Source: Selenomonadaceae bacterium
Lineage (GTDB): Bacteria; Bacillota; Negativicutes; Selenomonadales; Selenomonadaceae
Reading direction: 5' to 3'
DNA: 64,000 bases
Assembly: GCA_017554235.1 (NCBI GenBank)
Contig: JAFZIV010000061.1
Span: 15,984 to 79,983 of the forward strand
Shown here: in pieces, positions 17,363 through 26,156 of the stretch
Layout of the letters: the number at the start of each line of letters is the position of its first letter
Position numbering within the stretch: position 1 is the first letter of the stretch
Notes under the pieces: model-generated
What the model was told of the DNA's origin: nothing
What the model saw: the letters and a program-made list of their open reading frames with translations, nothing else
Databases searched by the model: none
Translations under genes and position numbers: made by a program

Positions 17363-18952
17363 ATGGGACTGAGCAACAGCATTAGGCACAAATTATTTTT
17401 CCTGCTGATAATTATGGGCGCAATTCCTTTCACTATTGTGATAATTGTCAGCTCCTTTGCAACAGTTTCCGAGTGGGAACAATCTATCGAGCATAACGGA
17501 CGTTTAAGAAATGTACTTATCTCCGAGCACGTAACGGAATTATTTGAGAAAAATTTTTACGTAATGCAAACGGCGGCACTAAATTCAGATATAATCAATT
17601 ACGTAGGAAATCCGCAATCCGTACCAAATGATAAAGAAATTTTGCGCCTGATGAAAGATATAAACTCAATTTTTCACGTCCAAAACGTAATGGGCTTGAC
17701 GGCAAACAACGGCATGCAACTTATAAGAACAGACGGAGAAAAGCTTGTAGACATTTCTAAGCGCGAACATTTTATACAGGCAATGCGAGGAAACAATTTT
17801 GTTTCGGATGTTATTTTGAGTATGTCAACAGGAAAAATGATTGTTGTTTTAACCGTCCCAATAAAAAATGGAGATAATGAGATCGTCGGACTGGTACAAA
17901 GAAATTTTCACTTGTCGGCTTTTCAAGATTTTATCGCAATGCAAGATAACGCCGAAATTTCTATAATTATTTTGGATCGTAACGGCAACGTCATTGCAAA
18001 TTCTGATAACGGAGACGATTTAGCAAAAAATTTTTATGAAAACGATACATACAAATCTGTTGCTGATAAATTATATAAGTGGTCGGGGACTGTCCATGAG
18101 CAAGTAGCCGGTGAAGATGCGCTTGTAAGTTACTCAAAAAATAATTTAACGGGCTGGACAATTATCACGGTTCAACCTTATAAATATATTTTGAATCAAG
18201 TTTATTCGGAAATTATCAAGTACGCTTTCATAGGATTTTTTATGCTGTTATTAATCAGCGGCATTGCTTATTTCACTTCTGTTAGGGCGACAAGACCTAT
18301 TATCGAAATTACAAAAGCGGCAAGTCAAATCGCAAGCGGTGATGTTTCAAATGTCGAGGCGTTGAATATTCATTCTGATGACGAATTTGGCGAAATGGCA
18401 CAGGCTTTTAACAAAATGCGTACTGCGCGGGATAATTATCGGGCGGAAGCGTCGATTGACAGATTGACTAAACTTTATAACAAAATGACTTTTGAAAATG
18501 TCTGCCAAATTAAATTGAGAAAGTTAAATGACGTAGAAGAAAGGGAAAATTTGCTGGCACTTTACATAATCGACTTGGATCATTTTAAGGAAGTTAATGA
18601 CACGAAAGGGCATCAATTCGGCGACATAGTTTTAAAAGAATTTTCCAAAAAACTGCGCGGCTGTTTCAGACCGTATGATTGCGTAGCGCGATTCGGCGGA
18701 GATGAATTTGTAGTTGTCATAGATAACTTGCCGAACACCGAAGTAATAACCCGCAAGGCTGATATTATAAATCGTCTTGCACGCGAACTTGAAATTGACG
18801 GCGAAAACGCAAAAATTTCTGCGAGTATAGGAATTGCGATTGTTCCGCAAGCCGGTACAGATTACGAGGAAGTTTTCAAAGCTGCAGATAATGCTTTGTA
18901 CTACGTGAAAAAAAATGGACGCGACGGTTGGCATTGCGATAATTTAAATTGA
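17363..18952 (+). CDS. membrane sensor diguanylate cyclase (Cache-like sensor, HAMP, GGDEF)
   Basis: Two TM segments flank a periplasmic domain of about 250 aa. HAMP region (RPIIEITKAASQIASGD). GGDEF domain with an intact RFGGDEF active site. Confidence 0.9.
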   Translation: MGLSNSIRHKLFFLLIIMGAIPFTIVIIVSSFATVSEWEQSIEHNGRLRNVLISEHVTELFEKNFYVMQTAALNSDIINYVGNPQSVPNDKEILRLMKDINSIFHVQNVMGLTANNGMQLIRTDGEKLVDISKREHFIQAMRGNNFVSDVILSMSTGKMIVVLTVPIKNGDNEIVGLVQRNFHLSAFQDFIAMQDNAEISIIILDRNGNVIANSDNGDDLAKNFYENDTYKSVADKLYKWSGTVHEQVAGEDALVSYSKNNLTGWTIITVQPYKYILNQVYSEIIKYAFIGFFMLLLISGIAYFTSVRATRPIIEITKAASQIASGDVSNVEALNIHSDDEFGEMAQAFNKMRTARDNYRAEASIDRLTKLYNKMTFENVCQIKLRKLNDVEERENLLALYIIDLDHFKEVNDTKGHQFGDIVLKEFSKKLRGCFRPYDCVARFGGDEFVVVIDNLPNTEVITRKADIINRLARELEIDGENAKISASIGIAIVPQAGTDYEEVFKAADNALYYVKKNGRDGWHCDNLN

Positions 18953-18971
18953 AGTGAGGTGAATTTGGACA

Positions 18972-19955
18972 ATGGACGACTTGATTATCACCATTTCTTT
19001 TGCAGGAGCTATGTTTTGGTTTTTCTTCACAATATTTATTTTTCAGGTAAAGCAAGGTGCACAATCGCAGATAAGGCGCAGAGTAAGTATTATGATAACA
19101 AAAGCTGAAAATGAACGCGCCAAAAAAGCCGCCAAAATAAAACAAGATGCTAAACAGGCTGAAGAATTACAGATTAGAAAGTTACCTAAAAATAAATTTT
19201 ATACAAAAGTCATCTCACCCATTTTTGATAAACTTGATAAGCATTTCCAAAAATTTGTTCCTGAACAAATAAAAAAAATGTTGGAAGAAAAAATCTTTAT
19301 CGCAGGTAAAGCAAACGTATGGAGTTTAACGCGAGTAATTTCATTTTGCTTTCTCACAACTTTTGCAGGAGCATTGACGGCAGGAATGATAACGACTATA
19401 GTTGAAGTAAATTTTTTACAGAAAATCTTGATTGTTTTGATCGGAGGATTTTTGGGAGCAATATTGCCGATTGTGCGTTTAAATGCCTTGATTCGTATCA
19501 GACAGAAAGCGATTCGTCGAGGCTTACCTGAATTTTTAGATTTACTTTGCGTGAGTGTTCAAGCCGGACTTTCTTTCGACGGCGCGGTTGCCAAAATTAC
19601 TGACAGAATGGAAGGACCTCTTGTCGATGAATTTAAGAAAATGCAAAACGATGTAAACTTGGGAATGACGCGCCAATATGCACTGCAACAAATTGCGCGG
19701 CGTTGTGATTTGGAGGAAATGTATCTGTTTACTTCTTCGGTCATTCAATCGGAAAAACTTGGAACGAGCATGGGGCGTACTTTAAAAATGCAAGCTGACA
19801 ATATGCGTGAAAGACATCGCCAATTTGTAAAAGCAGAGGCGTTGAAAGCTCCCATAAAAATTATTTTCCCAATGGTACTGTTTATTTTCCCGTCAGTCTT
19901 CGTTGTACTTTTAATGCCAGCTATTTTAAACTTAATGAAAAATCTTGCCAAATAA
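18972..19955 (+). CDS. tadC: Flp pilus assembly platform protein TadC (T2SS F family)
   Basis: T2SSF domain (GLPEFLDLLCVSVQAGLSF, SEKLGTS) and TM helices. Confidence 0.85.
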   Translation: MDDLIITISFAGAMFWFFFTIFIFQVKQGAQSQIRRRVSIMITKAENERAKKAAKIKQDAKQAEELQIRKLPKNKFYTKVISPIFDKLDKHFQKFVPEQIKKMLEEKIFIAGKANVWSLTRVISFCFLTTFAGALTAGMITTIVEVNFLQKILIVLIGGFLGAILPIVRLNALIRIRQKAIRRGLPEFLDLLCVSVQAGLSFDGAVAKITDRMEGPLVDEFKKMQNDVNLGMTRQYALQQIARRCDLEEMYLFTSSVIQSEKLGTSMGRTLKMQADNMRERHRQFVKAEALKAPIKIIFPMVLFIFPSVFVVLLMPAILNLMKNLAK

Positions 19956-19959
19956 TTTT

Positions 19960-20208
19960 TGAAAAAGGCGGTGTTTGTAGTCAGTAACCCCCGCCTAACG
20001 GCGGAGGCTTGTTAAAAGCCTTGATTGACTAGCCTTAGTCTCTGACTACGTTACTTGCGAATGTATAGTTACCTACGAGCGTAAATCCTAACTTGTAGCT
20101 CTAAGGGCAATGGTTAAACAGTTCTGAGAGGTAAGAACAGTGCTGTTGCCATGTAAACCGCAAGATAACTTTGGCGAAGGATTATAACTCCGAGAGGAGG
20201 TATGCTTT
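19960..20208 (+). ncRNA. candidate IscB omega-RNA (guide plus scaffold)
   Basis: 253-nt non-coding gap directly 5' of iscB on the same strand. Nested helices readable by eye are: gtagtcag 19977-19984 with ctgactac 20042-20049; ccgcc 19991-19995 with ggcgg 20000-20004; aggctt 20005-20010 with aagcct 20016-20021; ggcaa 20106-20110 with ttgcc 20146-20150; gttct 20121-20125 with agaac 20134-20138. Size and position fit the known IscB omega-RNA arrangement. The exact ends and the guide are not determinable here. Confidence 0.6.
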
Positions 20209-21486
20209 TTGTTAGCATACGTTATCAATAAGCACGGAAAACCTTTAATGCCGTGCAAACCACAAAAAGCTAAAAAACTTTTGAAACAAGGTAGGGTAAA
20301 AGTTATTCGCCGCGAGCCGTTTACAATTCAGTTTTTGTATGGAGCAAGCGGTTATCAGCAGCTCGTAACATTAGGAGTAGACGCAGGTGCAAAATATATC
20401 GGTTTATCTGCGTCAACTGAAAAGAAAGAATTGTATTCTGCCGAAGTTGTGTTACGTACCGACATTACCGAATTAATTTCTACACGTAGAGAATTGAGGA
20501 GGGCAAGGCGCAATCACAAAACACGTTATCGTAAATCAAGATTCTTAAATCGAGTTAAGGCAAAGAAAAAAGGTTGGCTTGCACCGTCGATTTTAAACAG
20601 AATCAACGCACATTTAAAAGTTGTCGATAATGTTTGCCGAATTTTGCCGGTAACAAAAATTATTGTGGAGACAGCGAGCTTTGATATTCAGAAAATCAAA
20701 AATCCTGAAATCAGCGGCGTTGAATATCAGCAGGGCGAACAATTAAATTTCTGGAATGTGAGGGAATATGTTCTATTTAGAGATAAACACGAATGTCAAC
20801 AATGTCACGGGAAAAGCAAAGACAATGTTTTAAATGTTCACCATTTAGAAAGTCGAAAAACTGGAGGTGACGCTCCAAATAATTTAATCACGCTGTGCGA
20901 GACTTGCCACAAAAAATATCACGAAGGAAAAGTCAAACTGAAACGCGGACAGAGTTTTAAGGCAGAAGCATTTATGGGAACAATGCGTTGGATTTTCTTA
21001 AATAAATTGAAAGAAATTTATTTAATCGAAGTCCGAAATACATTCGGCTACATAACGAAGAATACAAGAATTAGATTGGGCTTTCCGAAGGAACATTACA
21101 TTGACGCTTATTGTATCGCAGGAAATGTTTGTGCCAAGAGATTAAATTATTACTGGTACTTGAAACAAGTGAGAAAACACAATCGGCAGATACACAAGCT
21201 TACGATTAATAAGGGCGGTAATCGCAAAAGAAATCAAACGCCGTTTGAAATTTTTGGCTACAGACTTTTTGATAAAGTAAAATGTAAAGGCGAGGTAGGA
21301 TTTATTTTTGGGCGCAGAGCAAGCGGCAGTTTTGATATTCGCAGGCTTGACGGCACAAAAATTTCTGCTGGAATCAGTTACAAAAAGTTAGAATTAATTG
21401 TAAAAAGGAAAAGTTATTTGAAAGAGAGGAGGGGCGCGGTTTCCTCCACACAACTAAATCAGGGGGTATCCAACGCGCATATGTGA
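20209..21486 (+). CDS. iscB: IscB RNA-guided nuclease (PLMP domain, split RuvC, bridge helix, HNH, C-terminal TID)
   Basis: 425 aa. The N-terminus NKHGKPLMPC is the PLMP motif. RuvC-I is LGVDAGAKYIG (Asp58). The Arg-rich bridge helix is RRELRRARRNHKTRYRKSRF. RuvC-II is IIVETASFD. The HNH region is CQQCHGKS..NVHHLESRKTGGDAPNNLITLCETCHKKYH. RuvC-III is HYIDAYC. The C-terminal part is FGYRLFDKV...GFIFGRRASGSFDIRRLDG. TTG start behind GAGGAGG. Confidence 0.85.
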   Translation: MLAYVINKHGKPLMPCKPQKAKKLLKQGRVKVIRREPFTIQFLYGASGYQQLVTLGVDAGAKYIGLSASTEKKELYSAEVVLRTDITELISTRRELRRARRNHKTRYRKSRFLNRVKAKKKGWLAPSILNRINAHLKVVDNVCRILPVTKIIVETASFDIQKIKNPEISGVEYQQGEQLNFWNVREYVLFRDKHECQQCHGKSKDNVLNVHHLESRKTGGDAPNNLITLCETCHKKYHEGKVKLKRGQSFKAEAFMGTMRWIFLNKLKEIYLIEVRNTFGYITKNTRIRLGFPKEHYIDAYCIAGNVCAKRLNYYWYLKQVRKHNRQIHKLTINKGGNRKRNQTPFEIFGYRLFDKVKCKGEVGFIFGRRASGSFDIRRLDGTKISAGISYKKLELIVKRKSYLKERRGAVSSTQLNQGVSNAHM

Positions 21487-23267
21487 TGAAAAAGTTTTTG
21501 AAGTTTTTGAAGTTCTTATCGGCACAGAAGGGACAAACACTTGTCTTATACGCGCTTTTAGTTCCGCTTCTTTTTATGGTAGGCGGAGCAAGTGTAGATT
21601 TAGGCTGGTATTATTACAACAACGCCCGTTTACAAAATATGGCTGACGCGGCAGTTATTGCCGGAGGAAAAGCTCTTGTAAGTGAAAATGGAGAATTGAC
21701 AAATTACACGTACAATAAATTTTTATCTGAAGTTCCCCGCGAAGAAAGGGACGATAAATACAACTTACAAACTCCAATAGGTGATGCAGAAGCTAAAAAT
21801 TATATTGTTAAAAATTTATCCGAAAATTCTAATTGGAACGGCAATCAGATAAACGACAATTTCAGTAACAGTGAATTAAATTTCCAAAGAAATATTTACG
21901 GAATAAAAGATAATCAGGATATTCCGCTTTATTACGAAGTGGAACTTACAGAAAAACATCAACACTTGTTCGACATTTTAAATGATCCCGAATATTCCTT
22001 AGGCAATACGGTTATTACCGTAAATTCTGTTGCGGAATTAAAATATTCGCCGCCTCCTGAGGACCCTACCCCGCCTCCTCAAGAGACTGCACCTGAACCC
22101 ATATCAAACAATATACCGCGACTGGCAGCTGTAAGTGTTGTTAGCGGAAACTGGGAACTTGAAGATGGAAGAATCAGCGGAAAATGGAAAAAAGCGAATG
22201 CAGAGAAAGAACTGGCTAAAAATACCGACAACCTTTTTATTCAAATGTCGGTAAACAGTATTTATCCTGTCGATAAAGTATGGCTGAATTACAATAGCAC
22301 AACAAATTCATATACGACTGGCAATTTTTATAGATCTGCTACGGTTTACGTTAATCCCGGTAACGGAAGATTACGTACAGGTAATGACAGCACAAAAGGC
22401 GAAAAATATCCCGATTCTATAACTCTTGGTTTCAGACAAGACCTTATCAGAGTTTTGCCGGGATATTTGGAAATTCAAGATGGTAAAGTCGTCCGCGTTA
22501 AAGACGGCGGAGACACAATTTTTGATCAAGATTGGGACATTAGAAGAAATACTCCATACAACAGAAAAACGGAAGTCAGATATATAAACCCCAATAAATT
22601 TTGGGACAAATCTTGTGATTTACGAATACACAACATTTTTAATTTTGATACGCCTTTTGAAGTTCGTCCTGAAGTAATTGAGGCAGATAAAAGTAACCCT
22701 TACGATGCTTTATGGGTACGAGTAGAAAGTGAAGCATTTATTCCGCTTAAAATGCTGGGCGTTAATAAAGCCAATCACGTTCAATATAAATCTGTTCGAC
22801 AAATAATTCTCAATATGAATGGCGATAATACTGTAAAAGATGAGAATGGAAATTATAAATACCGCCCTGTCGTAATGTTTTATATGGGGCCTGAAAAAAT
22901 TGATATGAGTTCGTCAGTAAGAAATTCAAAACCGATCATTTTAAATTTGAATGCAGACTTTAGGGGGATTTTGTTTGCGCCGTACAGTCCGGTAATTTTA
23001 AATGCAAATGGTCATAAATTTTACGGCTTTATTGTTGCAAAAGAATATCGCAAATTTACAGTAAATAAAAATGAAGGACATAAAGTTAAACACAATAAAA
23101 GCAACGAAATGTATATCGATGATTATGGAGAAGTATTTAGCGAAAGAACCGACATAGAAAAATGTGGCGACTATGATTCATTTAACATAATGAGTTTTGA
23201 GGACTACGGCTATCAAGTCGCAGATGAAGAAGCCTCCCAAAATAATTTGCTCATATACAGCGAATAG
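21486..23267 (+). CDS. TadG-like pilus-associated protein (putative minor pilin or tip protein)
   Basis: The N-terminus QKGQTLVLYALLVPLLFMVGGASVDLGWYY matches the TadG/Tad-like pseudopilin leader. There is a Pro-rich linker. The C-terminal motif is ADFRGILFAPYSPVILNANGHKFYGFIVA. Its ATG shares one nt with the iscB TGA. Confidence 0.65.
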   Translation: MKKFLKFLKFLSAQKGQTLVLYALLVPLLFMVGGASVDLGWYYYNNARLQNMADAAVIAGGKALVSENGELTNYTYNKFLSEVPREERDDKYNLQTPIGDAEAKNYIVKNLSENSNWNGNQINDNFSNSELNFQRNIYGIKDNQDIPLYYEVELTEKHQHLFDILNDPEYSLGNTVITVNSVAELKYSPPPEDPTPPPQETAPEPISNNIPRLAAVSVVSGNWELEDGRISGKWKKANAEKELAKNTDNLFIQMSVNSIYPVDKVWLNYNSTTNSYTTGNFYRSATVYVNPGNGRLRTGNDSTKGEKYPDSITLGFRQDLIRVLPGYLEIQDGKVVRVKDGGDTIFDQDWDIRRNTPYNRKTEVRYINPNKFWDKSCDLRIHNIFNFDTPFEVRPEVIEADKSNPYDALWVRVESEAFIPLKMLGVNKANHVQYKSVRQIILNMNGDNTVKDENGNYKYRPVVMFYMGPEKIDMSSSVRNSKPIILNLNADFRGILFAPYSPVILNANGHKFYGFIVAKEYRKFTVNKNEGHKVKHNKSNEMYIDDYGEVFSERTDIEKCGDYDSFNIMSFEDYGYQVADEEASQNNLLIYSE

Positions 23268-23303
23268 TCCGTTCAATTTTTGAGAAAAATTTAAAATTTG
23301 CGT

Positions 23304-23337
23304 AACTCCGTTGAGAAAAATTCAGCGGAGTTTTTTT
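23304..23337 (+). terminator. intrinsic terminator at the end of the Tad operon
   Basis: aactccg (15-nt loop) cggagtt followed by tttttaat, 37 nt after the stop. Confidence 0.6.
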
Positions 23338-23489
23338 AATATGATTCTATTCTGAAAGTAGAATTTTTCTGAAATTTTTTGAAGGAATTTTTGAAGGCGT
23401 GTAGAAATGCTTAATTAAAAGTAATTCAGCATAATCAGCGCGTCTAAAATTATTTGGCGCACTTGGATTTTAATCAGGGGGGATTATTT

Positions 23490-24620
23490 ATGAGGAAGAC
23501 AGAATGCTTGGGAATGATTCTTGCAGGCGGACAGGGCAGTCGTCTTAAAGCTCTGACAAAGACGGTAGCAAAGCCGGCAGTACCTTTCGGCGGAAAGTAT
23601 CGCATTATCGATTTTCCGATTTCAAACTGCGTGAACTCGGGCATTACGAAAGTTGGCGTTCTCACTCAGTACAAACCGTTTGAACTCCATAATTATCTTG
23701 GCGCGGGTTCCGCGTGGGATCTCGACCGTATTGGCGGCGGTATTTTTATTTTGCCTCCTTACGCTCGTGAAAAAGGTGCGGATTGGTACAGCGGAACTGC
23801 GGACGCCATTTATCAAAACTTGAATTTTATTGACCTGAACGATCCCGATTATGTTTTGATTCTTTCGGGCGACCATATTTACACGATGGATTATTCTTGG
23901 ATGCTTGAATCGCACAAGGCGAATAATGCTGACGTTACGATTGGCGTATTTGAAGTTCCGTTGGAAGAAGCTCCGCGTTTCGGCATTATGGTTACCGACA
24001 AAGAGACCGGCAGAATTACCGAATTCCAAGAAAAACCGAAAGAACCTAAATCAACGTTGGCGTCAATGGGTATTTACATTTTCTCGAAGCCCTTCCTTAA
24101 GAAATATCTTGAAGAAGATGGCGCAAATGAAAATTCTACTCACGACTTCGGTAACGACCTTATTCCGAAAATGCTTAATGACGGTGCGCGTCTTTTCTCC
24201 TATGCGTTCGACGGCTATTGGAAAGATGTAGGAACTATTGAATCTTTGTGGCAGGCAAATATGGACTTGCTCCAAGATCAGCCTCCCTTTGAACTGAATG
24301 GCGATTGGAAAATTTATTCCTCTAATCCTTCAATGCCTCCGCATTATATCGGACCCGATGGCGTTGTTAAACAAGCTATGATTGCTGAAGGTGCTCAAAT
24401 TCTCGGTCAAGTCGAACATTCCGTCATCTTCGGCGGCGTTAAAGTCGGTAAAGGCGCGAAAGTTACTAATTCCGTCGTCTTCCCCTTCACTAAAATTGAA
24501 GACGGTGCCGTTGTCGACCATGCTATCCTCGCTCAAGACGTTACCATTAAAGCTAATGCTAAAGTCGAAGGTAAGGAAGGCGAAATTTCCGTCATCCCTG
24601 AAGGCGAAATAGTTGGATAG
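23490..24620 (+). CDS. glgC: glucose-1-phosphate adenylyltransferase
   Basis: [23 protein letters not shown] and WYSGTADAI motifs. I chose the ATG at 23490 (G-rich RBS 8 nt upstream) rather than the track start at 23454. Confidence 0.95.
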   Translation: MRKTECLGMILAGGQGSRLKALTKTVAKPAVPFGGKYRIIDFPISNCVNSGITKVGVLTQYKPFELHNYLGAGSAWDLDRIGGGIFILPPYAREKGADWYSGTADAIYQNLNFIDLNDPDYVLILSGDHIYTMDYSWMLESHKANNADVTIGVFEVPLEEAPRFGIMVTDKETGRITEFQEKPKEPKSTLASMGIYIFSKPFLKKYLEEDGANENSTHDFGNDLIPKMLNDGARLFSYAFDGYWKDVGTIESLWQANMDLLQDQPPFELNGDWKIYSSNPSMPPHYIGPDGVVKQAMIAEGAQILGQVEHSVIFGGVKVGKGAKVTNSVVFPFTKIEDGAVVDHAILAQDVTIKANAKVEGKEGEISVIPEGEIVG

Positions 24621-24835
24621 TTAGGAGATCATTAGATCGCTAGTATTAAACACTAATAATCTAAAGGTCTAATTACTAACAACTAAAATTAAGATAGTTA
24701 GTTAGGAGATCATTAGATCGCTAGCAATTTACTAATGATCTAACGATCTAATTACTAGCAACTAGATAGTTAGTTGGGAGATCATTAAATCGCTAGTTAC
24801 TAATGATCTAACGATCTAATTACTAACAACTAAAA
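24616..24835 (+). repeat. Family B hairpin repeats, three tandem copies (B1-B3)
   Basis: There are three units of about 72 nt, each of the form (ga)tagttaggagatcattagatcgctag - loop - actaatgatctaacgatctaattactaacaacta. The first starts on the glgC TAG stop. The last ends 5 nt before the glgD GGAGG. About 30 TAG/TAA triplets occur in 220 nt. Confidence 0.85.
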
Positions 24836-24852
24836 ACGGAGGTGCTTATTTA

Positions 24853-25962
24853 ATGAAGACTGTAGTAGGTATCGTAAACCTGCAAGAAAGTAACGAATTA
24901 CTTAGAGAGTTAGCCGCAACTCGTGCCGTCGAGGCTCTTCCCTTCGCCGGTCGCTATCGCGTTGTCGACTTCTCCCTTTCCAATATGATTAATTCCGGCG
25001 TCAATTCCGTCGGTCTTATGCTTCCCGATTATTCCCGCGCTATCCTCGATCATATCCGTTCCGGTAAAGATTGGGATCTCGCTCGCCGTCGCGACGGTTT
25101 AACTTACCTCCCCGCCGCTCTCCCTTCCAATGACGCTCGTAAAGGCGATTTGAAAGATATTTATGCTAACCTCGACTTCGCCGAACTCTCCGATAAAAAA
25201 TATGTCCTCTTCGTCAACGGCTCTTACGTCTATAATATCGACTTCCAAAAGGTTCTCGACTTCCATAAAGACAGCGGCTCTGATATTACCATGATTTATA
25301 AGACTGTCGACGAGGATAAAGAAGGGCATACCGTCACTATCGAAACTTCTCCCAACGGCGTCGTTACCGATTTGGCTGAATCAAACGGCGTTAAAAAAGG
25401 TGCTAAAGCTGTTCTTAGCGCGTACCTGATGCCCGTTCCTACCTTCGCTTATATCGTCCGCTCTACCTATGAACGCGGCGGTCAAGATTTCCTCATCGAC
25501 GGCATTATTCGTCATTCCGGCGAACATAAAATCTCCGCTTACGAACATAAAGGTTACGTCGCTCGTATCAATTCCACTGCCGCTTACTATAAAGCTAACC
25601 GCGATTGCCTTAACCCTGAAGTTTGGGAAGAACTCTTTATGCAACCCGATCGTCCCATTTCTACAAAAGTTAAAGATGAAGTTCCTGTTCAGTACAAAGA
25701 AACCGCTGAAGTTAAAAATTCTCTCATCGCTAACGGTTGCGAAATTCGCGGACGTGTCGAAAATTCCATTCTCTTCAGAGGCGTTAAAGTCGGTAAGGGC
25801 GCAGTTGTCAAAGATGCTATCCTTATGCAACGTTGCGATATTCAAGATGGCGCACGCGTCGAAAATATTATCTGCGACAAAAACGTTATCATTACTAAAA
25901 ATCGCTGGCTGAAAGGCGTGGAGACTTTCCCCTACATCGTTACGAAAAATGCAAGAATTTAA
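24853..25962 (+). CDS. glgD: glucose-1-phosphate adenylyltransferase regulatory subunit GlgD
   Basis: GlgC paralog lacking the GGxGxRL motif (VGIVNLQES..). Same fold, with a left-handed beta-helix C-terminus. It lies directly after glgC, as in Firmicutes. Confidence 0.9.
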   Translation: MKTVVGIVNLQESNELLRELAATRAVEALPFAGRYRVVDFSLSNMINSGVNSVGLMLPDYSRAILDHIRSGKDWDLARRRDGLTYLPAALPSNDARKGDLKDIYANLDFAELSDKKYVLFVNGSYVYNIDFQKVLDFHKDSGSDITMIYKTVDEDKEGHTVTIETSPNGVVTDLAESNGVKKGAKAVLSAYLMPVPTFAYIVRSTYERGGQDFLIDGIIRHSGEHKISAYEHKGYVARINSTAAYYKANRDCLNPEVWEELFMQPDRPISTKVKDEVPVQYKETAEVKNSLIANGCEIRGRVENSILFRGVKVGKGAVVKDAILMQRCDIQDGARVENIICDKNVIITKNRWLKGVETFPYIVTKNARI

Positions 25963-26034
25963 TTACTAGGTACTAGTCTCCGCTGGTACGCAATAACATC
26001 TGAAATGCGGCGAATTTTTACGTCGGGGATTGAG

Positions 26035-26109
26035 TTTAGGGAACAGGGAATAAGGACAGGGAATGAACAAGAAAAACCAATCCCTAAATCCTTATTCCTA
26101 ACCCTAAAA
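26035..26109 (+). repeat. Family C heptamer-hairpin repeat, copy C3
   Basis: tttagggaacagggaataaggacagggaatg - loop - aatccctaaatccttattcctaaccctaaaa, built of NAGGGAA-type 7-nt units. It is flanked by a further 10-bp pairing: ggcgaatttt (26007-26016) with aaaattcgcc (26121-26130). Confidence 0.75.
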
Positions 26110-26117
26110 CACTCGGC

Positions 26118-26146
26118 TTGAAAATTCGCCTTATTTGTGGTTAAAT
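26118..26146 (+). promoter_or_regulatory. weak candidate promoter for glgP
   Basis: TTGAAA, 17 nt of spacer, then TGgTTAAAT (extended -10-like). It sits between repeat C3 and repeat A1. Confidence 0.3.
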
Positions 26147-26156
26147 ATACGAAGAT

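Larger units (their letters stand above)
19956..21486 (+). mobile_element. IS200/IS605-superfamily-derived OMEGA module (omega-RNA plus iscB) without TnpA; element ends not identified
   Basis: The IscB ORF and a structured upstream RNA region fill the whole space between tadC and the tadG-like gene. No Y1 (HUH) transposase ORF and no recognisable subterminal end hairpins are visible. Confidence 0.5.

Noticed and set aside
20209-21486. Possible miniature Cas9 or generic HNH homing endonuclease.
   Set aside because: At 425 aa it is too small for Cas9, it has no REC lobe, and there is no CRISPR array. The split RuvC motifs plus the PLMP N-terminus argue for IscB rather than a stand-alone HNH endonuclease.
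19000-23300. Searched for an IS200/IS605 TnpA (Y1 HUH transposase) or TnpB next to iscB.
   Set aside because: All flanking ORFs are Tad proteins. No ORF of about 130-150 aa with HUH/Y motifs is present on either strand.
24616-24835. Regularly spaced repeats that at first glance resemble a small CRISPR array.
   Set aside because: The units are complete hairpins abutting each other with no unique spacers. The period is about 72 nt and is made of inverted arms. No cas genes are nearby, and the same unit occurs singly at 63311-63396.
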